Origin: an uncultured virus (IMG/VR IMGVR_UViG_3300042397_001048)
Lineage: Duplodnaviria > Heunggongvirae > Uroviricota > Caudoviricetes > Crassvirales
Reading direction: 5' to 3' (one strand)
DNA: 64,000 nucleotides
IMG/VR virus record: IMGVR_UViG_3300042397_001048
The notes beneath the pieces were generated by a model that worked only from the letters and a program-made list of their open reading frames with translations, was not told the origin of the DNA and made no database searches. Made by a program: the position numbers and the translations under genes. Of this stretch, positions 1 to 9,300 are shown piece by piece. Every line of letters starts with the position of its first letter. Position 1 is the first letter of the stretch.

Positions 1-3000
1 TATAATCCATAGCCTGGTTCAATCCTAAAAGAGTTACATATTCTAATTGATTAGGAATAGGAGCAATAAATTCGAAAATACTTTTGCCTACAAATAACTC
101 ATCATTCCATTTTTCCCTAGTAGATGTACTACGTACAAATGGCATAGCTTTACCAATCGCATCTAAAATGCCATCAGTTTTTTCATCTTCAGGCTCATCG
201 TATCCGATGGCTGCGTAAGCTGCTGCTAATAACAAGCCACCAATTAAACTTTGGATAGTTTGGAATGTATATGCTTCAAGCATTCCAGATGCAAAAGATT
301 GAGCAGCTTTTACCTTGTCGGATTGACTAGAAGTCTTTGAAGTCATAATCGTAATATTACGATTGTTCTTATCCTTTAAGTTAAACTGGTAAGAAGCAAA
401 AGGGAATAATAACTGACGAATGATTTTAGTACTTGCATCTTTTGATGCTAATAACTTACCTCCCAATTCAGCTACGTTCATATTTTGCTGATCTTGAACC
501 ATGAATTCTGCATAGTCAGCGGCCTCCTCATTTAACTTATGATTAGCCCAATCAAATGTAGACATATCTACTCCCATTGATTTTAACTTGCTTCTATAGT
601 AACCAAGCCATGCCATATTAGCAACAAATACGTCAGGATTTTTTAAGAATAACTCAATGTATTTATCACCTAATTTTGATAATTCTTCAGATATATTACC
701 AACCTTACCTTGATTAGCCCTATCTACTAATTTCTCAGCATAGTCAATTGAGGTCTGAGCTTCAGAACCACGCAATGATATACCATACCCTGAGTTGTCT
801 AAGAATGATATAGCATCTTTATCAAATATATCTTTAAAGCTCATTCCAAAGCTTTCTAAATCTCCAATCATATTGATTGCAGTATTAGTTACCATTGGTA
901 TTGACTGCTTAGGGGCAGAAGATAATGATCCCAAACCAATACGTGTACCATATCTACTAAGTGCTGTTGTGAACTTATTAAACTTCTTAGCTTCTTTACT
1001 TGAGTATGTATCTTGACGTTCACGTAAAGCATTTACGTTAAAGTTCAAACGCTTAGTAACCATTTGTCTATCATCAAAATCTGGGAAGATTTGTTTGTAA
1101 GCAGCTGATTGGGTATAACCCATAAACTGCTGAACAAATGGTGTTGTTCTTACGTCAACTAATGTTTTCTCTAAAGCAGAAATATTATTGTAATCAAAAT
1201 CGTAATCTCTCACACGATTTATTTCGTTATTCTTGTCTTTAGGTAAACCATCAATCTTTTGATTCTTCTTTAATGTTCCTGACTCTTCTGTACTTACTAC
1301 ATCAAATGCCATTTTAAATGTACCCTTAACTAACAAATCATCAGCCGTATCCATGGCCAATTTTTCATACATGTCAGGAGCATAGTTAGCATCTTCGTCT
1401 AATATTACATTGTAATAATCAGCGGCCATTTGCTTGAACTCAGGATAGTATTTCTTCCACATGTCCTGAATATCCTTAACGGCTTCTTGGTTAATTGGAT
1501 CAATGTACTGCTTAACCTCATCAATATTTTTAGCATCTTTTATTTTCTGATATACTGAATCATACATATCAGCTTTACCTACAGAGTCTTTCTTTTTTGT
1601 AGCACGAAGTGTATCAATAGTCATTGCCAATTGCTTCATCTTACGATCAAACTCTACCTTCACCTGTTCAGGTGTTCCATTTAGAATAGTTCTAGATAAG
1701 TCGGCAAAGATACCTCGCTCATATACATTAGATGCAGATTTAAAGTCAATATTATTTGGCTTAGTTTTGTCGTATTTTTCGGAATATTTTTTAGCAAAAT
1801 CATTTGCAATCTTTTTTCCTTGAACAAATCCACGTACAATACCTGAGAATCCAGAGTTCTTTAAGAATTTAATTCCCTTTGTTGTACTTCTAAATAAACC
1901 TGATATTAATGAGTCTGTTTTTGATATGTATACCGCTTCTAGGTTATTATATAAATCACCGATACTAGCAATGCCCGATAATATGTTACCAATAACAGCC
2001 TTATCAGTAACATCCTTTAGATAGGCAAGTCTTCCAATTATACCATAAGATAATGGGCGAGCTTGCATGCCAGATGCTGCATCTGTATCAGCATTCTCAA
2101 CACCTATATACGATCTATAAATAGCCCCCATACGGCTAGTTACACCATTAACAATAAAATTGTCTAACGATTCAACAGCATACAATTGTTGCTCTAAAGG
2201 GAGTGCCTCAATATCCATATCAGTAAAATCTTTGACCATATCAAAGTCTATATCTCCTCTATCTATTTCGCCATCCTCTAACATTTGCTTAACTGTTTCA
2301 GATAAATCAGCAAATGCGGCTTTTGTATATTCTCTTACTTTGTCAGACTTACTAGACTCTGCGTTGCTAGGGTTTTCCTCTACAGATGCTATGTATCTTT
2401 TGATTTCATCCAAGGACATATCTCCACTAATCAATCCAGATTCTACTAAATCATTGTATTTATCTAGCAATGAGTTTTTGGTTATCTCTTCTTGTATCGC
2501 ATTTTGTTCTGAAGCATATGCATCAATGTCAGCTAAGACTACTGGTATTTTACCAATAACTTCTCCGTTTTCAACACGTACATTTCTGACAGCATTAAAT
2601 ATTTCATTAGCACGATTAGTGTATTGATTAATATCATCAATTAAATTAGGGTCTATCTTTAAGAAATTACGTACAGATTTCTCTACATCTCCAATCTCTT
2701 TACCACTCTTTAATGTCTTACGTATTTTTCCCTTAAGTTTTTTTGCAGTAAGTAAAGATTGAGCATACTCTACATTGTCAGCAAGTCTGCTTACTCTATT
2801 TAACGCAGACTCTCTTAGTCTTGGATTAAGTAAGTTGGATGCTAAAGCATTTGTTACAACCTTAACTTGTGCCGTAGAAAATACACCTTTAGGAAGCATT
2901 GCTTTTATTTCATCAGCAACATCTGTTACAGCTTGCTTAAAATTACGCTGACCTTCTTTAATAGATTGATCTATTTCTTTGATTCGCTCATTAAGAACTG

Positions 3001-5155
3001 TCTTAGTATTAACAGTAGCCATTTGTGGCTTAGGTTTTAGTCCAAGTTTTTCAACTCCAGGAGCCTTCTTTTCTTTAACGCCAAACTTTTTATTGATATC
3101 ACGTAACATTTGCTCGCGAATTGTATCGTCAGCTTCTTCGTATGCAATAGTCTTTTGCATAAATGATATGCCTCCTTGTATGGCCTCTTTTCTTGGTCGT
3201 CCACGCTTTAATGCTTTATCAACAGCATCGACACCTTTTTGTACAGCATTTACTTGTTCTGTCTTTTGCTCTTCAGATATTGGTTCAGCAGGTGTAATAG
3301 TTTCAGTAGTAATCTCTTCAGTAGGAATAACTACTTCAGTAGGCGCAACTACTTCTTCAGTTTTAACTTGTTCAGTAGGAGCTTGAGGCGGTAATGCTGC
3401 TAGTTCTGCATCGTATTTGGCGTTAATATCGTCCTGTTTTTTTAAGTGTTCTTTTTGCCTATCAGACAACTCTTCATCAAAACTTATAGGTACTAATGGA
3501 AGACTATTTAACTCCTCTTGTCTTCTTTTTTCTATATCAACTACTTCTTGCCTTTGACCTTCTTGGGTAGGGACTTGAGATTCTGCTTGGGGTTCTCCTT
3601 GCGCCACTTGGACGCCAGCTCCGGCTTCTGGCTGAATAGGAACTTGACTTGTTGCTTGCTTTTGAATGGCATCTTTTTGTTCGTTTAATTGATTTTTCTT
3701 TTCTAATAAATCCTTTAATAATAAATCCTTAGCATCCTGATCCATTGATTCGTCATCAAAGATAGCTTTGGCTTTATTATAATTTTCATACAATTGATCA
3801 TCAATACTAACGACTTGTTTGATTTGATCGTCTGTCAAATTGTCCACGGCAGTTTGAGCCACACTCATCATTGATGTGTTCTGTGCTTCAAGGTCTTTAA
3901 TCTTATTATCAATAACCGTATTTACCTCAGGATTAATATCATCGCCTTTTTGGGTATTAAGCTCACTAATAGTTTGTATATTGTTATTTATTTTTTCTTT
4001 TTCAGCCTTTGGCATAATCTGAGTTGCAAGGTAATTTCTTGCACTACCAACAATCTGACCACCTGAACGAATTGTTCCTGCAGACACAGCTCCTGTAATA
4101 CCAGCATTTAAAGTTCTTCTTCCAACACCCCACCAATCAACATCTCGTCCATTAAGAACATCGTCAGCAATACCTTGGGTAGCTTCAGTTGCAGCTTCCG
4201 CTACAAACTCTTCACCCATATCCTTTGCAATTTCTTTTACAATTAAATCTTTATATCCACTACCTAAAATTTCTGCTGCTTTAGGATTTCCAAAAGCGGC
4301 TTTGGCAGCACGCCCCATAATTTTATTAGTCACACCTTGAGCAAATACTTCAGTACCCCCAGTAACGCCTGAATTCAAAAGATAATTTACACCTAGGTTT
4401 CCTTTTGTTTTTTCTAAGTCTTCAGCACGTTTACCTGATGCAGCAGCAATACCTACCAAAGCAGGAGATAATGCATACCCTGCCATAAATGGAACAGACT
4501 CAACTGTAGATTTTAAACCACGGTAAAGTATATTACCGACACCTTCGATTGAAGGATTACTTGCAAAGTTAGATATCTCATCAACGATATCTCCTTCTTC
4601 TTTTCTTGTTTTTTGATATATTTCTTCAGACCGCTTATTTAAATAGTCGGCTGCTTGGTTAGATATCTGTACGTTAGGAAGTGGAGAAACTTTAGATGTA
4701 GAATTAACAGCATTCCGTATCTCTTTTTTTGCAGCAGCAGGAAGTCTATTAAACTCATCGTTAAACCCAAATCCTGTTGAAATTAAATCAAGAGCATATG
4801 ACTGAGCCATCTCAGGCACCTTAGCGATATTTGCTAGTGTACTTAATCCTGCACCTTTAAAGGTGTTCCATAAATCATCTAATGCACTAACTTGTTGTTT
4901 ACCTTCGACAGTCTTAGGCTGTTTTGGCATGGATACCGAAGGACCAGTTATTACCTGACCTCCTAAACCCAATGAAGATTTCGGTTTGGCCTGTATAGAA
5001 GGACCACCCGTAGCTAAAGGATTTTTTTTTTTAATAGGTGCCGATGATTGGACAATGTCAAAATCAAAATCCTCTTCCACTGGAGGAGCTATTTTTTTCG
5101 CTTTACCCTTTGGATTGTTAAATACAATATCAAAATCTAAATCTTGCTCTTCCAT
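1..5155 (-). CDS. Giant internal virion (ejection) protein, >1718 aa, truncated at the left window edge; absent from the ORF track
   Basis: ATG at 5155 (MEEQDLDFDIVF...). I translated the 5' part by hand, and the frame is consistent at 3673 and at position 2. It follows two smaller ejection-like genes and contains DIEKRRQEEL...INAKYDAELAAL (about 3398-3540). Confidence 0.8.
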   Translation of the reverse strand, partial: MEEQDLDFDIVFNNPKGKAKKIAPPVEEDFDFDIVQSSAPIKKKNPLATGGPSIQAKPKSSLGLGGQVITGPSVSMPKQPKTVEGKQQVSALDDLWNTFKGAGLSTLANIAKVPEMAQSYALDLISTGFGFNDEFNRLPAAAKKEIRNAVNSTSKVSPLPNVQISNQAADYLNKRSEEIYQKTRKEEGDIVDEISNFASNPSIEGVGNILYRGLKSTVESVPFMAGYALSPALVGIAAASGKRAEDLEKTKGNLGVNYLLNSGVTGGTEVFAQGVTNKIMGRAAKAAFGNPKAAEILGSGYKDLIVKEIAKDMGEEFVAEAATEATQGIADDVLNGRDVDWWGVGRRTLNAGITGAVSAGTIRSGGQIVGSARNYLATQIMPKAEKEKINNNIQTISELNTQKGDDINPEVNTVIDNKIKDLEAQNTSMMSVAQTAVDNLTDDQIKQVVSIDDQLYENYNKAKAIFDDESMDQDAKDLLLKDLLEKKNQLNEQKDAIQKQATSQVPIQPEAGAGVQVAQGEPQAESQVPTQEGQRQEVVDIEKRRQEELNSLPLVPISFDEELSDRQKEHLKKQDDINAKYDAELAALPPQAPTEQVKTEEVVAPTEVVIPTEEITTETITPAEPISEEQKTEQVNAVQKGVDAVDKALKRGRPRKEAIQGGISFMQKTIAYEEADDTIREQMLRDINKKFGVKEKKAPGVEKLGLKPKPQMATVNTKTVLNERIKEIDQSIKEGQRNFKQAVTDVADEIKAMLPKGVFSTAQVKVVTNALASNLLNPRLRESALNRVSRLADNVEYAQSLLTAKKLKGKIRKTLKSGKEIGDVEKSVRNFLKIDPNLIDDINQYTNRANEIFNAVRNVRVENGEVIGKIPVVLADIDAYASEQNAIQEEITKNSLLDKYNDLVESGLISGDMSLDEIKRYIASVEENPSNAESSKSDKVREYTKAAFADLSETVKQMLEDGEIDRGDIDFDMVKDFTDMDIEALPLEQQLYAVESLDNFIVNGVTSRMGAIYRSYIGVENADTDAASGMQARPLSYGIIGRLAYLKDVTDKAVIGNILSGIASIGDLYNNLEAVYISKTDSLISGLFRSTTKGIKFLKNSGFSGIVRGFVQGKKIANDFAKKYSEKYDKTKPNNIDFKSASNVYERGIFADLSRTILNGTPEQVKVEFDRKMKQLAMTIDTLRATKKKDSVGKADMYDSVYQKIKDAKNIDEVKQYIDPINQEAVKDIQDMWKKYYPEFKQMAADYYNVILDEDANYAPDMYEKLAMDTADDLLVKGTFKMAFDVVSTEESGTLKKNQKIDGLPKDKNNEINRVRDYDFDYNNISALEKTLVDVRTTPFVQQFMGYTQSAAYKQIFPDFDDRQMVTKRLNFNVNALRERQDTYSSKEAKKFNKFTTALSRYGTRIGLGSLSSAPKQSIPMVTNTAINMIGDLESFGMSFKDIFDKDAISFLDNSGYGISLRGSEAQTSIDYAEKLVDRANQGKVGNISEELSKLGDKYIELFLKNPDVFVANMAWLGYYRSKLKSMGVDMSTFDWANHKLNEEAADYAEFMVQDQQNMNVAELGGKLLASKDASTKIIRQLLFPFASYQFNLKDKNNRNITIMTSKTSSQSDKVKAAQSFASGMLEAYTFQTIQSLIGGLLLAAAYAAIGYDEPEDEKTDGILDAIGKAMPFVRSTSTREKWNDELFVGKSIFEFIAPIPNQLEYVTLLGLNQAMDY
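3541..3672 (-). CDS. Nested 43-aa basic protein MPFKSKQQVKFLFSQKPELASKWRKENPKQNLKSLPKKVKGKK, in the +1 frame of the giant gene
   Basis: ATG...TAG ORF with an A-rich leader (AAACGAACAAAAAG-ATG). It resembles stand-alone MPFKS small phage proteins (recalled, not searched). Confidence 0.6.
   Translation of the reverse strand: MPFKSKQQVKFLFSQKPELASKWRKENPKQNLKSLPKKVKGKK
4914..5032 (-). other. Putative -1 frameshift or slippage site (A11) and 35-codon shifted frame
   Basis: T11 at 5022-5032 on the + strand. The -1 frame is closed upstream by TAA at the start of the run and reads SFSYGWSFYTGQTEIFIGFRRSGNNWSFGIHAKTA*. Confidence 0.5.
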
Positions 5156-5158
5156 ATA

Positions 5159-6673
5159 TTATTGATTTGTCCAACGTAATTTCTTGCCAGGATTTTCTCG
5201 CATAACTTTTGCTTTTACTTGTGCTGGTGTTATTGTTTTCCCAGTTTTGGCTTTAGCTTGTGCAATTGTCGCTTTTATATCAACATTAATTGTTTCCTGT
5301 GCTGCAGGAGCTGGCTTAGGAGATGGAGCAGGAGTTGGAGCACTTTCTTGATTTACTATTCCTCTTAATTGCTTGTATCTATTAAATTCAGAACCTGCTT
5401 GTAAAGCAGTTTTTTGTCCAAGTGTTTGGTAAAACTCTTCATCAGTATTTAATGAAGTAATTTTATTTCCTTTTGGATCAACTACATCAAGACCACCATT
5501 TTTATTTGAAACTAATTTTGTACCTGCTACTAAAGGATATCCAGCTTTAGATAAAGAATTTAAAATAGCTTTAGTATACTTAGTATTTGCTCCTCTTAAT
5601 TTAATATCTTTCAATACATCATTAACAAAATCTCCACTAGCTAAAATACTTTCCTCTCCTTGAGTTAACTTATCTTCTTTACCACCAACATTAATTCTAA
5701 TAGGACGTGGCTCATCTAATGTTTTAGTAAAACTAACACGCTGATCAATCTCTTGTTCTGCTAATACTTTAGCAGCCTGCTGTTGCTTTTCACTTAAAAT
5801 TGGCTGAGGTACGCCATTAATTAATTCAACTTTAATTAATTTTTCCTCTGTAATATTTTTATTTTTCAGTAAATCTTGTTTTTGATCCTCACTTTTATAC
5901 CCAACATACCCACCAACTGACGTTAAGAATCGTGCAGTATTTCTATCTGTAGAAGTAAGTTCGGCAATCTTAGTCTCTTTAGCTTTAGCAAAACCAGGAT
6001 TATTCTTAGGAGATATAATTGTTACATTTCCTTGCTCATCCTTATATGTACCAATACTCTTCATCCAGTTATTTAAATCCTCATCATACTTTACGTTTGG
6101 ATCAATAAAAGGCTTTGTACTAGTTAAAGTAGCGGGGTCATAAAAACTACTCTTAGAAACAATTCTCCCATCCTTATCATACTTAACATACGGGATTGTA
6201 CCATCTGGCATAACAAAGAACTCGCCATCATTAAAGTTAGTAGCATCTCCATACATTTCTGCATAGACAGTGCCAATATCAGAGACATCACCCTTAGAAA
6301 TAGCTGCTTTTATTTCTCCAAAATTAGCATCAATTACTTTAGAAGCAGAGTTAATATTATTTATTCCCGTTTTTAGGTTTGCTTTAATGCGATTAACTTC
6401 TCGCATATTACCAGTCTTATATGCATTTAATAAAGCGATTTTTGTGTTATCACCTAAATTACTAATCTTATCATTAAAAGAAGCGTTAGATGTTAAAGCA
6501 AAATCAGTTAACTTCTCCATGTCACTAGAGAAATTTTTATCTAGTTCTTGTTGAGTTCTCTTGTCTTCTTCTCTTTTGGCCTGGTCAATAGTAATAAAAC
6601 TAGTTACTAAGTCCTTAGTAATTTCACCGTAATTAACGGGGGCTGTAGCTACATATCCTGCGTATTCTGCCAT
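5159..6673 (-). CDS. Putative ejection/internal virion protein, 504 aa
   Basis: Long helical-looking ORF between the pilot-like gene and the giant gene; call is positional. Confidence 0.6.
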   Translation of the reverse strand: MAEYAGYVATAPVNYGEITKDLVTSFITIDQAKREEDKRTQQELDKNFSSDMEKLTDFALTSNASFNDKISNLGDNTKIALLNAYKTGNMREVNRIKANLKTGINNINSASKVIDANFGEIKAAISKGDVSDIGTVYAEMYGDATNFNDGEFFVMPDGTIPYVKYDKDGRIVSKSSFYDPATLTSTKPFIDPNVKYDEDLNNWMKSIGTYKDEQGNVTIISPKNNPGFAKAKETKIAELTSTDRNTARFLTSVGGYVGYKSEDQKQDLLKNKNITEEKLIKVELINGVPQPILSEKQQQAAKVLAEQEIDQRVSFTKTLDEPRPIRINVGGKEDKLTQGEESILASGDFVNDVLKDIKLRGANTKYTKAILNSLSKAGYPLVAGTKLVSNKNGGLDVVDPKGNKITSLNTDEEFYQTLGQKTALQAGSEFNRYKQLRGIVNQESAPTPAPSPKPAPAAQETINVDIKATIAQAKAKTGKTITPAQVKAKVMRENPGKKLRWTNQ

Positions 6674-6682
6674 GTTTATTTA

Positions 6683-7450
6683 TTAATTTGAAGGAATAGT
6701 AAATTGATTACTATTATTTGAAGGAATAGTAAATGGCGCACTATTTACAGCTGATGCAAATCTATTTCCTAATTGCCATTGAGGAATTTGTCCAGCTGGC
6801 ATTTGAATTGAATCAGGCATTTGGTAGCTTTGGGAAGCTACATTGGGCTGTGTTTTTGCTGCAGCATTAGGATTAACAGTCTGTGGAGTTTTTTTATTTC
6901 CATAAATATCTTGATAAGCATATAATTGAGCTGCACTAGACAACCCTTGAATTGCACCTAAAGTGCCTTGTGCTTTGGCTTGTCTTCCCTCGGCACCAGC
7001 CGCTTGTGCTCCACCTAACTGAGCATTAACTAAGCCAGCTTGTCTTGCAATACGATCTGATTCTATTTGTTGAGCATTTTGTGCTTGCGCTAAATCTCTT
7101 TGATACTGCATCTGATCGGCTTGTGCTGCCAATTGTTGATTTTGTGCTTGTGCTTGTTGATTAACATTTGTTAAACCACCTAGAACCCCAGCAGCACCAG
7201 ACTCTTTAAGAGCTTGAATTTGTGATTGCTGCCAAGCTTGCATATTTTGTGTAGCCAACTCTAAACCTAGAGTAGGTACATTTAAAGCAGCAAACTTATC
7301 TAACTCAGCAAGACGTTTTGCATCTTGAGCTGCAGTAGCTGCTGCCTCATTAGCTTTTGCCTCTGCTTTTGAGCCTTGAATGCCCTGATATACCGACATC
7401 CCTGTACCTACTGCTGCTAAACCTAAACTGATTGCCGTTGCTACTCCCAT
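6683..7450 (-). CDS. Putative ejection (pilot-like) protein, 255 aa
   Basis: Gly/Ala hydrophobic N-terminus (MGVATAISLGLAAVGTG) followed by a Gln/Ala-rich coiled coil. Confidence 0.65.
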   Translation of the reverse strand: MGVATAISLGLAAVGTGMSVYQGIQGSKAEAKANEAAATAAQDAKRLAELDKFAALNVPTLGLELATQNMQAWQQSQIQALKESGAAGVLGGLTNVNQQAQAQNQQLAAQADQMQYQRDLAQAQNAQQIESDRIARQAGLVNAQLGGAQAAGAEGRQAKAQGTLGAIQGLSSAAQLYAYQDIYGNKKTPQTVNPNAAAKTQPNVASQSYQMPDSIQMPAGQIPQWQLGNRFASAVNSAPFTIPSNNSNQFTIPSN

Positions 7451-7451
7451 A

Positions 7452-7859
7452 TTATAAAAATTTTATCATTTCTGTTGCCCCTTCTTGGGTCTTAATAAAT
7501 CCACAATTTTGGTACTTATTAATTAAATTTTGGTTGGAGACAGATGTGAATATGGTTTTGTAACCTGCATTCTTACATGCTTCAACTATAGTATTTATAA
7601 GCAACTCAATTGCATCGTTTCTGTCTTTGTCTTTATATTGTTTGTTTGATACGATAAATTCGCACCAAGCTAAATTAGAATTAGTAAAGTATGCAAAACC
7701 TGCACATATATCTATCTCTCCTTTTGAAATCATAAATCCGCCAAGCCCATTGTTTGGCAAAGATTCCTTAGGTGGGGCAATCCATTTCCAATCTTCCCAC
7801 CAACCAATTAAGGTATCTTCATAGTCGCTGTCGTTTAGCAACCTAATATTAAATTCCAT
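7452..7859 (-). CDS. GNAT-like acyltransferase preceding the ejection genes
   Basis: IRLL...D N-terminus and LINKYQNCGF C-terminal GNAT-like motif; position as for T7 gp13-like genes. Confidence 0.6.
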   Translation of the reverse strand: MEFNIRLLNDSDYEDTLIGWWEDWKWIAPPKESLPNNGLGGFMISKGEIDICAGFAYFTNSNLAWCEFIVSNKQYKDKDRNDAIELLINTIVEACKNAGYKTIFTSVSNQNLINKYQNCGFIKTQEGATEMIKFL

Positions 7860-7862
7860 TTA

Positions 7863-7870
7863 CAAAGATA
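7863..7870 (-). promoter_or_regulatory. Bacteroidota -7 promoter box TATCTTTG
   Basis: Exact TAnnTTTG, 3 nt upstream of the ATG at 7859. Confidence 0.6.
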
Positions 7871-7876
7871 GTTATA

Positions 7877-8602
7877 TTAAGAATATGATTTGAATACATC
7901 AGACGTAGCCATATACATTTCTGTATACTCTGTATCATTGTTAGTAAACTCAACTTCAAGATATGTCCCTCTTGTTGGACTTGACTCAGCAATACTACTT
8001 TTAATATAAAGAATAAAGCTACCAGCTGGAGGAAGAATTCCCGTTGGATTTACTGTTATAGTGTTATCTGTATGAGATATTATTGGCCCAGTAAATGTAA
8101 GATTTCCATTATTAACCCAATATAACTTATCACCAACACTTACAATACCTCCAATATTAAACCCAAAATTAAGTACATTAGCAGTATATGCACTTACATT
8201 TCCTATGCCTTGTGCAGAAATCATTGATAAATTATCATCATCAGGATCTCTTCTTATGTAAGCATACCATGTTCCTTCTTTTAATTCGTAATAATCTTGA
8301 TTTATAAATCCAGAACCTTGGTCAGACAAAACAGTTGTTGCCCATGGAGTAGTTGAGTTTGTAGCAATTGTTTTAAACTGCTTAGTCTGAGATGGCTCGT
8401 TATTAAATATAGTTGTTATTTTGGAAGGGTAAATTGTTCCATAATAACTATTTCTAACAGAATTGCTATTATGTTTATACAAATTTCCGTTCTTGAATGT
8501 ATATAAAGAGTTATTCATAGCCACCATCCATTCTGGAATGTATGAATGATATGAAGTCCAACCTCCATCTTTAGGAGAATATGTAATTGTATAGTTTGCC
8601 AT
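7877..8602 (-). CDS. Tail muzzle/stabilisation protein, C-terminal part encoded as a separate gene
   Basis: TITYS..GWTSYHSYIPE...YTFKNGNLYKH...FNNEP..KQFKTI...KEG.WYAYI resembles the C-terminal region of podophage tail stabilisation proteins. Confidence 0.6.
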   Translation of the reverse strand: MANYTITYSPKDGGWTSYHSYIPEWMVAMNNSLYTFKNGNLYKHNSNSVRNSYYGTIYPSKITTIFNNEPSQTKQFKTIATNSTTPWATTVLSDQGSGFINQDYYELKEGTWYAYIRRDPDDDNLSMISAQGIGNVSAYTANVLNFGFNIGGIVSVGDKLYWVNNGNLTFTGPIISHTDNTITVNPTGILPPAGSFILYIKSSIAESSPTRGTYLEVEFTNNDTEYTEMYMATSDVFKSYS

Positions 8603-8609
8603 ATGTATG

Positions 8610-8617
8610 CAAATTTA
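8610..8617 (-). promoter_or_regulatory. -7 promoter box TAAATTTG
   Basis: Exact TAnnTTTG, 7 nt upstream of the ATG at 8602. Confidence 0.55.
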
Positions 8618-8622
8618 CATAT

Positions 8623-9300
8623 TTATTTTATCTCTGACCAATAATCTTTATTTAGCTTTGGAGTTAAAGTTATAATGCCACTTTCTTTATTTGACCTGTC
8701 AGTAATTTCATAAATTTCTTCGTTTGGTATGTCTCCCATGCCGCTTATATGATACACCCCCATACCCCAACGATAAGCCATACTGTATCTACCAGAATCA
8801 CCGGTATATATTTTAGCATTTTGATGAAATGTTATATGATTATCTTCTCCTATTGATTTATCAATCCAATCTATTCTATTTATAAAATCACGACTATAAC
8901 AGTTTCCATTATTAATACTATCTGATAAATCTTGATATTTATTATTTGAATAAAAATAATGTTTTTGGCATCTGTAAACATCATAACCTGGATTATTTAA
9001 TATGTATTCATTCTGCAATGATAAAGCCCAAGGTGTCATCAAATCGTCATCGTCTAATCTATAAACATAATCTCCTGATGAATGCTTCATACCCCACTCC
9101 AACTTTAATCCTACGGACGAAAATCTAGGAGATATATTATATATTTTTATTTTAGGATGATTAAATGAATAAACTACATTGGGACAATCATTTACAATTA
9201 CCATTTCATGTTCACCATTATAATCTTGATTTAAGAAAGACTGTATTGCCTCCTCAAGTAAATCTTTACGTTGATATGTTAGTGTTAATACAGATATCAT
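8623..9300 (-). CDS. Glycosyltransferase family 2
   Basis: ISVLTLTYQR..LLEEAIQSFLNQDY..EMVIVND and RLDDDD motifs. Confidence 0.9.
   Translation of the reverse strand: MISVLTLTYQRKDLLEEAIQSFLNQDYNGEHEMVIVNDCPNVVYSFNHPKIKIYNISPRFSSVGLKLEWGMKHSSGDYVYRLDDDDLMTPWALSLQNEYILNNPGYDVYRCQKHYFYSNNKYQDLSDSINNGNCYSRDFINRIDWIDKSIGEDNHITFHQNAKIYTGDSGRYSMAYRWGMGVYHISGMGDIPNEEIYEITDRSNKESGIITLTPKLNKDYWSEIK

Noticed and set aside
795..3386. Plus-strand ORFs 795-1016, 2160-2627 and 2979-3386
   Set aside because: They are antisense shadows of the giant minus-strand gene.
1..5155. Virion RNA polymerase call for the giant gene
   Set aside because: No DxDxD catalytic context was recognised in the visible part, and the gene is truncated by the window.
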